Of a stretch of 64,000 bases of DNA, positions 30,463 to 40,999 are shown in pieces. The first letter of the stretch is position 1. Each line of letters opens with the position of its first letter. The notes under the pieces were generated by a model. The model was not told the origin of the DNA, did not search any database, and was given only the letters and a program-made list of their open reading frames with translations. The translations under genes and the position numbers were made by a program. Source of the stretch: Caldisphaera sp. Its GTDB lineage: Archaea; Thermoproteota; Thermoprotei_A; Sulfolobales; Acidilobaceae. Where the stretch lies: the NCBI GenBank assembly GCA_049971805.1, contig JBMFKU010000001.1:1-64000 (forward strand), given 5' to 3'.

Positions 30463-31677
30463 ATGTCAAATAGCCCTCCAATATTAGATATGCAACCAAA
30501 GATTTATCTTATAGAAGGAGAAAGTGCATTTACTTACCTTCCAATAATTAGAAAATTAGAAAATCAAGGGAAAAAAGTAATTAGTTTTGGTATTGGTCAG
30601 CCTGATTTTCCAACCCCTGATCATATAAAAAATGCGGCTAAAGCCGCTTTGGATGATAACTTTACAGGCTATACTGAGACACAAGGTATTCCTGAGCTGA
30701 GAGAAGCTGTGTCAAATTATTTAAATACAAGATATGGATCAGATGTAAAAGGCGAAGAAGTAATAATTACACCTGGTTCAAAGACAGCAATCTTTATGGC
30801 AACTAGCGCTTACATCAGACCTAATGATGAAGCAATAATAATTGAACCAAGCTACTATGCATATTCTCAAGTAGTAAAAATGTTTGGTGGGGTTCCTAAA
30901 TATGTTCCTTTGGAATTTAATCCAAATAAGGGATTTAATCTAAATGTAGAGAAAATAGAAGAGGCTATAAATAAGAGAACTAGAATGATATTTATTAATA
31001 ATCCACATAATCCAACTGGAGCCGTTTATAGTCCATCCCAACTTGATTACTTAATAGAAATAGCCAAAAAGAAAAATATTATTGTTGTGGCAGATGAAAT
31101 CTATGATAATTTGATTTATGAAGGCAAATTTAAAAGCTTAATAAGTTATCCAGATTGGAGAGACAATCTAATTTATATTAACGGTTTTTCCAAAACATTT
31201 TCAATGACCGGATGGAGACTAGCGTATTTGGTTGTAAGAAAAGAAGTTATACCAAGATTTAACGATTTAGCCGTTTCTATTTATAGTTGTGCAACTTCTT
31301 TTGTGCAAAAAGCTGGAGTTATTGCTTTAAATGGTGATTGGACTCCAATAAAGAAGATGGCTGAAGAGTTTAATGAAAGGAGAAAGGTGTTATATGAAAT
31401 CATAAGGAAAGCTTCTGGATTTGAAACATATATGCCAACTGGAGCATTTTATATGTTTCCAAGGGTTACCAATTTATTAAAGAGATTAAATGTAAATGTA
31501 AAAGATTTTGTAAATATTTTACTTGAAAAAACAGGAGTTTTAGTGTTACCAGGCGATACATTTCCAGATAAATTTGGAAAGGATTTTGTGAGGATTAGTT
31601 ATGCCACCAGCATGGAATCTATAAAGGAAGGTGCAGAAAGAATAGTTGATTTTGCTAAAGAGATATTTTCTAAATAA
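30463..31677 (+). CDS. PLP-dependent aminotransferase class I (aspartate aminotransferase-like)
   Basis: IGQPDF, NNPHNPTG, DEIY, GFSKTFSMTGWRL; ATG 30463 follows GGTGA. Confidence 0.92.
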   Translation: MSNSPPILDMQPKIYLIEGESAFTYLPIIRKLENQGKKVISFGIGQPDFPTPDHIKNAAKAALDDNFTGYTETQGIPELREAVSNYLNTRYGSDVKGEEVIITPGSKTAIFMATSAYIRPNDEAIIIEPSYYAYSQVVKMFGGVPKYVPLEFNPNKGFNLNVEKIEEAINKRTRMIFINNPHNPTGAVYSPSQLDYLIEIAKKKNIIVVADEIYDNLIYEGKFKSLISYPDWRDNLIYINGFSKTFSMTGWRLAYLVVRKEVIPRFNDLAVSIYSCATSFVQKAGVIALNGDWTPIKKMAEEFNERRKVLYEIIRKASGFETYMPTGAFYMFPRVTNLLKRLNVNVKDFVNILLEKTGVLVLPGDTFPDKFGKDFVRISYATSMESIKEGAERIVDFAKEIFSK

Positions 31678-31697
31678 TTTTTATTAAGGTGTAGTTT

Positions 31698-32519
31698 TTG
31701 AAAGAAATAGGCATAATATCAGATTTTGGATATGGATTTTATTCAGGAATAATGAAGGGAGTAATAAAAAATATAGCAAAAGATATCGATATAATAGAAA
31801 TAGATAATAATGTACCAAGTTTCTCTGTAATTTCTGGCTCTTACATATTATATACAACATATAGATATATGCCAAAAAATTCAATAATTTTGTCTGTTGT
31901 AGATCCCGGTGTGGGAACAAATAGAAAGGCAATAATTGTAAAAACTAGAAATTATGAGTTTGTTTCTCCAGACAATGGATTAATATATGAAGCAGCATTA
32001 GAAGATGGCATGTTAGATATATATCAAATTCTGTTATTTGAACTTAGAAAGTATCTAGAAACAAAATATGAATTTTTTAAAAACAATAAATTTTCGTATA
32101 CTTTTCATGGTAGAGATGTCTTTGCACCAACAGTTGCATTATTGGCCAATGAAGAAAATATAGAAAGATTTACCAAAAGGATAAATATAAATGATATAGT
32201 TAAATTAAGATTAAGAGATTTTTCTAGGGTTGGAAATTTAATAAAATTAAATGTTATTTATATAGATAAGTTTGGAAATGTGGTATTAAGTTCTAAATTT
32301 AATGATTTAAAATTAAGATATGGAGAAAACATAATAATAAAAGTTAATGGCTTAGAAAGAAATGCATTAGTTGGTAAAAGATTTGCGGATGTAAAAAAGG
32401 GAGAACTCATATTATATGAAAATAGCTTTGGTTTTGCAGAAATAGCAGAAAATCAGGGAAATGCATCTAAAACATTAAACGTAAATTTTGGTCAAAATAT
32501 TTCATTCCTAAGCCTTTAA
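31698..32519 (+). CDS. SAM hydroxide adenosyltransferase (DUF62, chlorinase/fluorinase family)
   Basis: SDFG, VVDPGVGTNR, PDNG, TFHGRDVFAP, IDKFGN. Confidence 0.9.
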   Translation: MKEIGIISDFGYGFYSGIMKGVIKNIAKDIDIIEIDNNVPSFSVISGSYILYTTYRYMPKNSIILSVVDPGVGTNRKAIIVKTRNYEFVSPDNGLIYEAALEDGMLDIYQILLFELRKYLETKYEFFKNNKFSYTFHGRDVFAPTVALLANEENIERFTKRININDIVKLRLRDFSRVGNLIKLNVIYIDKFGNVVLSSKFNDLKLRYGENIIIKVNGLERNALVGKRFADVKKGELILYENSFGFAEIAENQGNASKTLNVNFGQNISFLSL

Positions 32520-32586
32520 TTATAATGTTTAATTAATGTCAATCTATTAAAAAGTTAATATATTGTTGGCATTCAAATTATTGCAA

Positions 32587-33258
32587 TTAACTTTTGTGAG
32601 TTCTTTTTGAGATGCTCCACTTAATTACCTTAATTATCGTAGAAAAATTCATATACTTAATTGTTGGCCTACAGTTTCCTTCTTTTATTGATTTTATGAT
32701 GCTTTCTGGATCGCAGTTTTTTGATTCTATAATTGTTGGTGATGTACCAAGTTCTTGAATTATATGAGCATCACTACCACTAGTTTTAGGCTTTTTATAT
32801 TTTTCAGCAAAATCTATGGCTGGCTTGTTTAAAAATAGAATACCTCTAGGATTCCAAACCTCTATTGCATCGAAATCACTTGGATTTTTCTTCATATAGA
32901 AACCTATGCTTTTCCTTCCTACATGAAATGGATGAGCGGCAATGGTTATACAATTATTATACTTTGCCCACTCATGCAACTCATGAGGATCTCTTGGTGG
33001 TTCTTCATAGGGTAACTTAGCACATAATACTAGCACATCCCCTTTATAAGTTCTTACTTCATTAGCTGGAATCACGCTCAAATTCAAATCCAACTTTTTA
33101 GCTGCTTCAATAGCTATTGCCGATCCTCTAAATGTATTATGATCAGATAAGGCTATTGCCGAAAGACCTAAATAAACAGCTCTTAATAAAATTTCTTCTG
33201 GAGTGGGTTTACCATCACTAATTGAGCTGTGCGAATGAAGCTCAGCAATGCATGGCAA
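32587..33258 (-). CDS. PHP-domain phosphoesterase
   Basis: LHSHSSISDG, SDHN, AHPF, GSDAH. Confidence 0.9.
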   Translation of the reverse strand: MPCIAELHSHSSISDGKPTPEEILLRAVYLGLSAIALSDHNTFRGSAIAIEAAKKLDLNLSVIPANEVRTYKGDVLVLCAKLPYEEPPRDPHELHEWAKYNNCITIAAHPFHVGRKSIGFYMKKNPSDFDAIEVWNPRGILFLNKPAIDFAEKYKKPKTSGSDAHIIQELGTSPTIIESKNCDPESIIKSIKEGNCRPTIKYMNFSTIIKVIKWSISKRTHKS

Positions 33259-33339
33259 TTTTATTACCTATTTATTATTACTGAATAAAGTTCTTATTCT
33301 TATTAATATATAACCTTTTTTACTTAATATCTATTCTCT

Positions 33340-33405
33340 AATATGATGAAGAAATTGCTTTACTGAGCAAAATGCAATGAAGATTGGACTCGATTGCTGA
33401 AACAC
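33340..33405 (+). ncRNA. C/D-box sRNA
   Basis: C AUGAUGA 33343-33349, 13-nt guide, D' CUGA 33363-33366, C' AUGAAGA 33377-33383, 14-nt guide, D CUGA 33398-33401. Confidence 0.75.
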
Positions 33406-33474
33406 AAGTCTATAACATTTAATTTATTTTTTCTCTCGAGGAAACCGGTGAGAATAGGTCTAAGGGTAAATGCT

Positions 33475-34611
33475 ATGGAAATAGTATCAACAATAATAAA
33501 GGCTTTTATAATAATAATTTCATTATCTATAGTAGCAATATTTTTGTATGGAATTAAGAATATAGTTAAAAGCATGAAATCCTTTATTAATATAGAAAAA
33601 TATGATGGTAAGAAAAGTAAGGTTTCTATAGTAATACCAGCTAGGAATGAGGAGAAAAACCTAGAAGATATGTTGTTTAGCATGACAAGAATTAAGAATG
33701 AAATAATAGACAAAATTATTTTAGTAAATGATAGGAGCACTGATCTTACAGAAGAAATAATAAAAAAATATATGAATCTTGATAAAAGAATCGAGTTAAT
33801 TAGCATTTCGAATCTACCCAAATCATGGTTTCCAAAACCATATGCACTATATTTGGCAACTAGGAAAGTACCTATCGGTGATGTCATATTATTTTTAGAT
33901 GCTGATGTTAAAGGGGATTACGATAAAATTGTAGATATTTCTTCAAGAACAAAGGAAGGACAAATAATTTCATTTGTTCCTTATTTTTATTGTAATAAAT
34001 TTTATTGTTATACATCACAATCTCTCTTATCAGCTTTAATGGTTGGTTATTTCGGATACAACAGAACTATAAATAAAAATGATAGGTTTGGCTTATTATT
34101 TGGTTGCTGCTTTTCTATAAGGCCATATACATATAATGAAATAGGTAGTCATGCATCAGTAAAAAAAGAGCTTGTTGAAGATAAACAATTAGCTACTAAT
34201 GCAAAATCTAAGAATGTTAGAATTTTGTATGTAGATAGTAGAAAATTTATATATACAAAATCTTGGGATAATTACTATAGCATAAAAAATTTATTATCTA
34301 GATTATTTTATGACTATGCAAAAAATATCAAATCAATTAGCTTTTATCTATTGTTTATTGGGCTTCTTTTACTATTTTATTTTCCCTATATTTTTATCCC
34401 TCTTTTAATATTTAAGCAATTATTCTTAAGTGTGATTGTTCTAATATCGTTTTTTATAGAGAATATATTTATTTACATAGGAGGGCTAACAAACAATATA
34501 AGAAAACCTTATAGCTTATTATATTTTATCTCGGCTTATATTTTATTGATAGCTCTATTAGAATCTAAGTATAGGGGCGTTGTGTGGAAGGGGACAAGTT
34601 ATAAGCTATAG
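33475..34611 (+). CDS. Family 2 glycosyltransferase, membrane-bound
   Basis: IVIPARNEE, VNDRSTD, FLDAD, LVED; likely ATG at 33475 rather than TTG 33394, which lies inside the C/D sRNA. Confidence 0.88.
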   Translation: MEIVSTIIKAFIIIISLSIVAIFLYGIKNIVKSMKSFINIEKYDGKKSKVSIVIPARNEEKNLEDMLFSMTRIKNEIIDKIILVNDRSTDLTEEIIKKYMNLDKRIELISISNLPKSWFPKPYALYLATRKVPIGDVILFLDADVKGDYDKIVDISSRTKEGQIISFVPYFYCNKFYCYTSQSLLSALMVGYFGYNRTINKNDRFGLLFGCCFSIRPYTYNEIGSHASVKKELVEDKQLATNAKSKNVRILYVDSRKFIYTKSWDNYYSIKNLLSRLFYDYAKNIKSISFYLLFIGLLLLFYFPYIFIPLLIFKQLFLSVIVLISFFIENIFIYIGGLTNNIRKPYSLLYFISAYILLIALLESKYRGVVWKGTSYKL

Positions 34612-35491
34612 TTCAATAAATTTGATTGAATCTTTATATAATATTAGGCTTCCTGACCTGCCTACGTGATATCTGCTAGAAAATACTGTTATAACGGATC
34701 CTTCCATTGTATCATAATAAAATTCTTTATTATTAGGAACCTTATTTATATATGTACCATCAGCTTTCCATATATGTACTCCATCTACAACTTCATGACC
34801 TCTTATTATTAATTTTAAATTATTTTCTTTTAAAAACTTATTCCATGCATATCTCCCATAATAATAAACACCTTCGCCTCTAACATTGTTGTTTTCAAAC
34901 CATTTTACATATCCGTCTGGATCATTCCATAGCATCTGAAAAATAATTTTATTTTCTAAATTTAGATATTCATTACTTAATTTAATATTTTTCAATGAAT
35001 TTAAATAGTCAATTTTTAAACTTAAGCTCTTATTTTTGCAATCAATGCATGGAATTCCTCCATGAACAAAAAAATATCTTATCGTTATTTACTGAAATGG
35101 AAAGGGATGAGTATATTTGTCTTAAATAATTTATAGATTCCTTTCCAAGCTTTGATAGTATTTCATCATAAAAACCATAGTATTGGTTCATCTCTATGCT
35201 TTCATGATTACCTCTTAAAATAAATATTTTATTCGGTTCTTCGTTATAAAGCCTTAGTATTTCCTCTAATACTTCTAATCCTTCGTATCCTCTATCAACA
35301 TAATCCCCCAAAAGTACCGCTATTTTAATTCCATACTCATCTAAAATTTCTTCAAATCTTTCAACTACATCATAATATCCATGAATATCTCCTATAACTA
35401 ATATAGGGTAATCATCTCTCAAGTTAATGTGAATTGGGCTTTTTGCTTGCTTTTCTATTGCATTTTCTACTATTTTTTTAAATTCCAGCAT
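34606..35491 (-). pseudogene. PPP-family Ser/Thr protein phosphatase split by a +1 frameshift
   Basis: GDIHG, GDYVDRG, LRGNHE in the 5' ORF; LWNDP, IIRGHE, TVFSS in the 3' ORF; deleting one base of the T7 run (A7 at 35068-35074) restores KIFFVHGGIP. Confidence 0.85.
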
Positions 35492-35563
35492 TTATTTTCT
35501 CCCCCTTCATTTATTATTTTAAAATAGCAATTTAACTTTATATTTATTTTTAAATTATTAAAT

Positions 35564-37012
35564 TTATAATAAATTTATTGAAATTATTTTAGTTTCTGTC
35601 ATAGTCTCTATTGTTGATCTAATACCTTCTCTCCCTCCTATTCCACTTAGCTTTACTCCTCCAAATGGCAAAGAATCCCATCTTAATCTTGGTGAATCAT
35701 TAATCATAACTCCTCCAACCCTAAGCTTCTCAGCAATTTTTAATGATCTTTTAATATCTTTTGAAAATATGGCCGCTTGCAAACCATAGTTGGTGCTGTT
35801 AGCTATATTTATTGCTTCTTCATCATTGCTAAACGAAATTATAGGCGCTATTGGTCCAAACACCTCTTCTTTCATTATAAAAGAATCAATGCTTGCTTTG
35901 GAAATAACTGTTGGTTCAAAATAATAGCCTGGCAAATTAATTCTTTTACCTCCCGTTTCAAGCTTACCTCCTTTGTTTATAGCATCTAAAACAAATTGTT
36001 CCATTTTATTTAATGCATCATTTGAAATTATGGGACCTAAATCGGTTGATTCGTTTAAAGGATCATCAGTCTTCAATAAAATTGTTTTCTTTACAAAACT
36101 ATTTACAAATTTTTCATATATTCTTTCATGAACAATTATTCTCTTGCCAGCATTGCAATTTTGCCCTGCATATTCAAATCTTGCCCTCACACTAATATTA
36201 ATTGCATTATCGATATCGGCATCGTCCAATACTATAATTGGATCAGAACCACCCATTTCTAGCATCAATTTTTTAGCTTTTCTTATAGCTTTAGCTGCAA
36301 TTGTTATTCCTGTTGTTGTAGAACCTGTAAAAGTAATACCTGAGATATTATCATTATTGATTAGTTGATCTCCTACTTCTGAGTTACCAGGCAAAACACT
36401 TAACGCTTCTTTAGGCAATCCTGCTTTATATAATATTTTACCCATTTCAATGGCAGTTAAAGGCGTGTATGGGGATGGTTTAACAATAACGGAATTTCCT
36501 GCCATTATATTTGGTGCAACCTTATGGGCAAATGAATTTGCAGGAAAATTAAAAGGTAATATTGCAGCAATAATTCCAATGGGTTCTTTTTTCTCTAAAA
36601 CCAATCTATTTTCATTACCTGGTGGATAATCATACGCATCAACCCTATGTATCTTTCCTTCTAAAACAAATCTTGCTTCTTCTGCTGATGCTCTAAATAG
36701 ATAGATAGATCTCATAACTTCAATCCTTGAATCCTTTATAGGTTTTCCGCTCTCCAGTGAGAGTAATTTAGATAAATCTTCCTTTTGTTTTTCTATAAGC
36801 TCAGAAGCGCTATAAATTATTTTAGCTCTATCCTTTAATGGCATTGAGGACAACCTTTCAAAACCTTTTACACCACAAGAAATTGCTTCTTTAACGGTAT
36901 CTTTATTTGCAAAAGAAACCTTATCAATTAATAAATTGAAATTTCCAGGAGATCTTATTTCTTTATAGATGCCCGTATCTATCTCATTTCCTGCAAGAAG
37001 TATCCCTTTCAT
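35564..37012 (-). CDS. Aldehyde dehydrogenase family protein
   Basis: PFNFP, FTGST, LEMGG, AGQNC, EEVFGP, PFGGVKLSG. Confidence 0.93.
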   Translation of the reverse strand: MKGILLAGNEIDTGIYKEIRSPGNFNLLIDKVSFANKDTVKEAISCGVKGFERLSSMPLKDRAKIIYSASELIEKQKEDLSKLLSLESGKPIKDSRIEVMRSIYLFRASAEEARFVLEGKIHRVDAYDYPPGNENRLVLEKKEPIGIIAAILPFNFPANSFAHKVAPNIMAGNSVIVKPSPYTPLTAIEMGKILYKAGLPKEALSVLPGNSEVGDQLINNDNISGITFTGSTTTGITIAAKAIRKAKKLMLEMGGSDPIIVLDDADIDNAINISVRARFEYAGQNCNAGKRIIVHERIYEKFVNSFVKKTILLKTDDPLNESTDLGPIISNDALNKMEQFVLDAINKGGKLETGGKRINLPGYYFEPTVISKASIDSFIMKEEVFGPIAPIISFSNDEEAINIANSTNYGLQAAIFSKDIKRSLKIAEKLRVGGVMINDSPRLRWDSLPFGGVKLSGIGGREGIRSTIETMTETKIISINLL

Positions 37013-37086
37013 TTTTCCACCATATTAAATTTCTAAGCTTAAACTTAAATTTTTTAACAATATCAATAAATATTATAATGTAGCTT

Positions 37087-37406
37087 TGAAAATTTTTCCT
37101 ATCAAGGAGGGATAGAAAGTTATCTTGTTAAATATTCATTTGTTTAACTTTATCGGAGAGAACTTTCCCTATGTAAGAGTGAAGCGGTTCATTTCTTTTT
37201 ATTTATCCTAACCTTCAGTTCAATTGAGGGCTTAACAAACTGAGAAGGGCATCAAATTATCAGATATAGAAATGCTCTATTATGAATCTCCATTTAAAGA
37301 GTGGAGGTCATATGTTTCAACCCTAAATGATGCATGTAAATCCTAGCAGATAATGAGACGAAAAACCTAAAGGGATATCTTAAATATTAGAGCTGGAGAA
37401 AATCAC
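37087..37406. mobile_element. Highly decayed IS607-type end remnants
   Basis: Reverse complement of 37160-37212 (ttaggataaataaaaag...cttcactcttacataggg) resembles the element core; 37280-37406 has right-end-like strings on +. Confidence 0.3.
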
Positions 37407-37474
37407 TACATAAAATTCTGTTTATAATTTTATGCTATAAAAACAAGGGCAAATTCTTTTATATGGGCAAAGAA

Positions 37475-38647
37475 TTATTGAGAGGATTTTATAATTTCAT
37501 TAAGATATTTTAATCCATTATCTGGCAATATGCATATATAATCACCCTTTTCTATTAGCCCTTCATTATATGCCTTAATTATACCGGCTAAAACCGCACC
37601 GCTACTTAAACCAGGTATTATCCCGTTATGTTTAGCAACTTTTTTTAAGGCACTTATAGCATCATTTTTTGAAACATCTAAAATTAAGTCTGGCTTTTCT
37701 TTAGTTAACCACCAATCATCAAAGTTCTGCCTTTTTATACCTGGTATAGGACTATTTTCTTTTGGTTGAACACCAAATACCTTTATATTGTTATCCCTAT
37801 TGTGAAAGTAAAATGAAATGCCAGCTATATGCCCTCCTGTACCCATAGAAGCAAAAATTCCTTTGATTTTAATTTTACCATATCTAGCTTGGTATTCTAT
37901 TTCCTTTGAGGTATACCTTATATGAACTAATACATTAAATATATTTTTAAACTGATTAGGTACAAAAGCATTGTCTTTAACAGCTTCATCAATTACTTTT
38001 TTAATCAAGTCATTTGTTGTTTCTCCTTCAACAACTGCTATTGATCCTAAAATTTCCAAAACCTTTAGAGCATATTCTGGAGCTCCTTTTGGAATAAAAA
38101 TCTTGGATTTTTTATTTAATATTGATGATATTGCTGCTAATGCTATGCCTGTATTTGCCGATGTTACTTCATAAATAAACTCTTTGTTTTTAATTTCTTC
38201 TTTGCTATTTTCTATAATGTACCATGCTGTTCTATCCTTTATGCTTTGGCTAAACGGATTATACCACTCAAGCTTAGCCCAAATATTTATATCATTGTTT
38301 TCTATAATATTATTTAGCTTAACAATAGGTGTTGGTTTATCCTTATTTACTAACTCTAATGTATTGTTATAGACCCTAATTCCAGGATCAGAAATTTCAT
38401 CATAATAGCCTAAGAATTCTATTGAAATATTTACTTCTTCTTCTTTGTCAGAAACTAAGATAAGTTTAGCACCTAAAAGTTTAAGAGCCCAAAATGTGTC
38501 TTCATTTTTTATTATCTTGTTGTTTTCATTTATCACAACTGTGTATCTTTGTGTATTTCCTTTTAATATTTCTTTTATTCTATCAATTATTTTATCATAG
38601 TCAGCCATGTTTGCCTTTAGATTGTCGATATTTTCCACCTTAGCCAT
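37475..38647 (-). CDS. Cysteine synthase family PLP enzyme with N-terminal extension (O-phosphoserine sulfhydrylase-like)
   Basis: KLEWYNPFSQSIKDR, TSANTG, MGTGGH, GLSSGA; ~390 aa from ATG 38647. Confidence 0.85.
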   Translation of the reverse strand: MAKVENIDNLKANMADYDKIIDRIKEILKGNTQRYTVVINENNKIIKNEDTFWALKLLGAKLILVSDKEEEVNISIEFLGYYDEISDPGIRVYNNTLELVNKDKPTPIVKLNNIIENNDINIWAKLEWYNPFSQSIKDRTAWYIIENSKEEIKNKEFIYEVTSANTGIALAAISSILNKKSKIFIPKGAPEYALKVLEILGSIAVVEGETTNDLIKKVIDEAVKDNAFVPNQFKNIFNVLVHIRYTSKEIEYQARYGKIKIKGIFASMGTGGHIAGISFYFHNRDNNIKVFGVQPKENSPIPGIKRQNFDDWWLTKEKPDLILDVSKNDAISALKKVAKHNGIIPGLSSGAVLAGIIKAYNEGLIEKGDYICILPDNGLKYLNEIIKSSQ

Positions 38648-38800
38648 ATGTATGACCTCTACTCCGCCATTAACAGTAGATACCAAAGTCTTTTTAAAAT
38701 GATCTTATTAAATAATAATATGAAATAAAAATAGAAAGGCTTATGGCAAGGGAAGCCCAGTATCATTATTGAGGTAATACCACTATGACAAAACAAATGA

Positions 38801-39075
38801 CAAGCTTCAACCCTTCTAGGGGGCAGGGTAATGATTTTAAGGTTTGTTTTTTAAATAATTAGATAAACACTAGCCATCAAATGGGTATTCTTCACTATAT
38901 AAGGTAAGCCTCTACTCGTTACAAAATTAAAAAAGGAGGGCGAGATTTCTTCCTTAGGTCAAATAAAGATGAGAGAGTGAGAAACGAATTTACTCACATA
39001 GGAAGGAATCAGAGTAGCCTATAGAAACCCTCAAGACCTCAGGAACTAAAGCTCTTTAGGGCATGGAGAAGTCAG
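38801..39075 (+). mobile_element. Non-autonomous IS607-derived element (MITE/omegaRNA-like), full copy B
   Basis: Collinear with 29938-30213 (tttaaggtttgtttt..ttagataa..tagccat..gggtattcttcac..gtaagcctctactcgtta..ttaaaaaaggaggg.gagatttcttccttaggtcaaataaa..gtcag). Confidence 0.78.
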
Positions 39076-39289
39076 ATTGTTAATGTACACAATGTTGATC
39101 TTAAAAATATTCATTAATGTTATAGATCTATTTTCAAGGAGGTAAACTTTTACTGTAAAAAGGCAAGTTTGTTTATACTTTATCACTCAATTATTTTTTG
39201 TATATTTTGGGTTTTTAAATAACCGATTATATTCTCTATTTAGGAAATGTTTAAAACCTTCCTTATTTAGAGAATTTTTGGGGACAAAA

Positions 39290-40714
39290 ATGAGCCCAAA
39301 AGAAGAAATATTAAAAAATGTAAGAAAGAGATTATCTTATTATAGATCTTTAGGAGCAGATCCTCTTTCACTTGCCACCGGATGTGCAGTAAAGGTAGAT
39401 CTATTAAGAGTAGTTTATCCAGCTATGGAAAAAATTAAACCATACCTAACAAACAAAAACATAGAAATTGCTGATAGGGAAGATGCTGATGTATTTTTAG
39501 GGGATCCTGGATCAGTCGAACTTCACAGAAGAATTATGAGATTAGGAGAAAGGAATGAAATGAATTTAAAATTTAGCAATAATATAAGGGCAATAATTTT
39601 AGTTCAGGTATATCAATTAGCAGCTGATGAACCAGAAAAATTCATTAAAAAGATATTGCCAGTATATGAAAGCATATGTAATTGTGCACCATCAATAAAT
39701 ATAGGTAAAGGTCATTCTATTGTAACTCCTTTTAGGGAGGATGAATTTATGCTAATTGATTTGATATCATATGAAAAAGGTGATAAAATAATAGCAGCAA
39801 ATAATGACACTATGCATATAATAGATCCAACTAATAGCCCATCTGATTATAGGCAAGTATCTGGATCCATATCTAATTCATTAAATGATTTATTTGTTAT
39901 AGGGGCATACAAAGATTTGAGAATTTCACCGGTATTAAACGCACCTACAGAAGAACTGAAAGAGAAGTTAATTAAAAACACCAAAAGGTTTGCAAATGAA
40001 ATAGGTGCACAGATGATTGATGTAGAACAGCCAAAAAGGGGAAGACTCTTATTGGGAGCAACTGTATTGGCTAACAGCGATAAGAAACCTCCAATGTTTC
40101 ATAAACATGCAGATAAAGGCATGAGGATTATTGCAACAAGACCATTTGGAGAATTAGCTCCTATAACAACCTTTCTCTCAACAACCGTAGATGAAACAAT
40201 AATAGATGAATTGCAACAAAAAGGAATTGAATTAGATTACTTAGAAAAGATAAAAGAAAATGCAGTAAATATAATATCAGCACCTAATAAAGGAATGGGA
40301 GAAGTTATATCAAAATATCTGCCTGAATTAAATGAAGAATTTAGAAAAGACCAGCATATTGTTGCAACAACAGATGTTACAGGGCCAGGAATTTTTGTTG
40401 TATGGGAAGTATCTAAGCTAACAAACACACATATAAAGTTATATAATTTTCCATTGCTTTTCCCTGAAATATCTGAATTTGCTACAGAAAAATTCTTAAT
40501 GCCGAATGCAACTGCAGGAACAAATGGGGGATTTATAATAGTTTCTCCAGAGGAAATATATGAAGATGTAATCAAAGATCTTAGATACAAAGGATATATG
40601 CCATCAGTTATAGGAGAGATTATAGAAAGGGGTAAACAAGAGGTTGAAGCACCTAAAGAAATAACAAAATACGTACTAGACCAAGAAATATTAAATAAGT
40701 TCAAACTATATTAA
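39290..40714 (+). CDS. SelD-like (selenophosphate synthetase-related, PurM fold) protein
   Basis: LATGCAVKVD (Cys-x-x-Lys), KGHSI, NSLNDLF, TDVTGPG, TNGG. Confidence 0.85.
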   Translation: MSPKEEILKNVRKRLSYYRSLGADPLSLATGCAVKVDLLRVVYPAMEKIKPYLTNKNIEIADREDADVFLGDPGSVELHRRIMRLGERNEMNLKFSNNIRAIILVQVYQLAADEPEKFIKKILPVYESICNCAPSINIGKGHSIVTPFREDEFMLIDLISYEKGDKIIAANNDTMHIIDPTNSPSDYRQVSGSISNSLNDLFVIGAYKDLRISPVLNAPTEELKEKLIKNTKRFANEIGAQMIDVEQPKRGRLLLGATVLANSDKKPPMFHKHADKGMRIIATRPFGELAPITTFLSTTVDETIIDELQQKGIELDYLEKIKENAVNIISAPNKGMGEVISKYLPELNEEFRKDQHIVATTDVTGPGIFVVWEVSKLTNTHIKLYNFPLLFPEISEFATEKFLMPNATAGTNGGFIIVSPEEIYEDVIKDLRYKGYMPSVIGEIIERGKQEVEAPKEITKYVLDQEILNKFKLY

Positions 40715-40723
40715 TTATAATAA

Positions 40724-40999
40724 TTGGGTGAAATTATGGAATCTTGTTTAAAAATAATAGTAAAGGGTAAAGTACAAGGAGTTGGATTTAGACACTTTAT
40801 TTGGTCAAATGCTAACAGGCTTAGTCTTAAAGGTTATGCTAAAAATTTGCCAGATGGGAGCGTCGAGATAGTTGCAAGCGGGTCAAATGATAATTTAAAC
40901 AAATTAATAGATGTAATTAAATCAAGTTTTTTTGAGGTATCAGATATTAACGCTAAGCCAAATGAAAATTGTAATTTTCGCGATTTTAGAAAACTATAG
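40724..40999 (+). CDS. acyP: Acylphosphatase
   Basis: [21 protein letters not shown]. Confidence 0.93.
   Translation: MGEIMESCLKIIVKGKVQGVGFRHFIWSNANRLSLKGYAKNLPDGSVEIVASGSNDNLNKLIDVIKSSFFEVSDINAKPNENCNFRDFRKL

Noticed and set aside
29938-39075. Repeats as a CRISPR array
   Set aside because: Copies are ~270 bp and kilobases apart, with no short repeat-spacer periodicity and no cas genes in the window.
39278-39400. Selenocysteine in SelD-like
   Set aside because: The catalytic position is TGT (Cys); there is no in-frame TGA.
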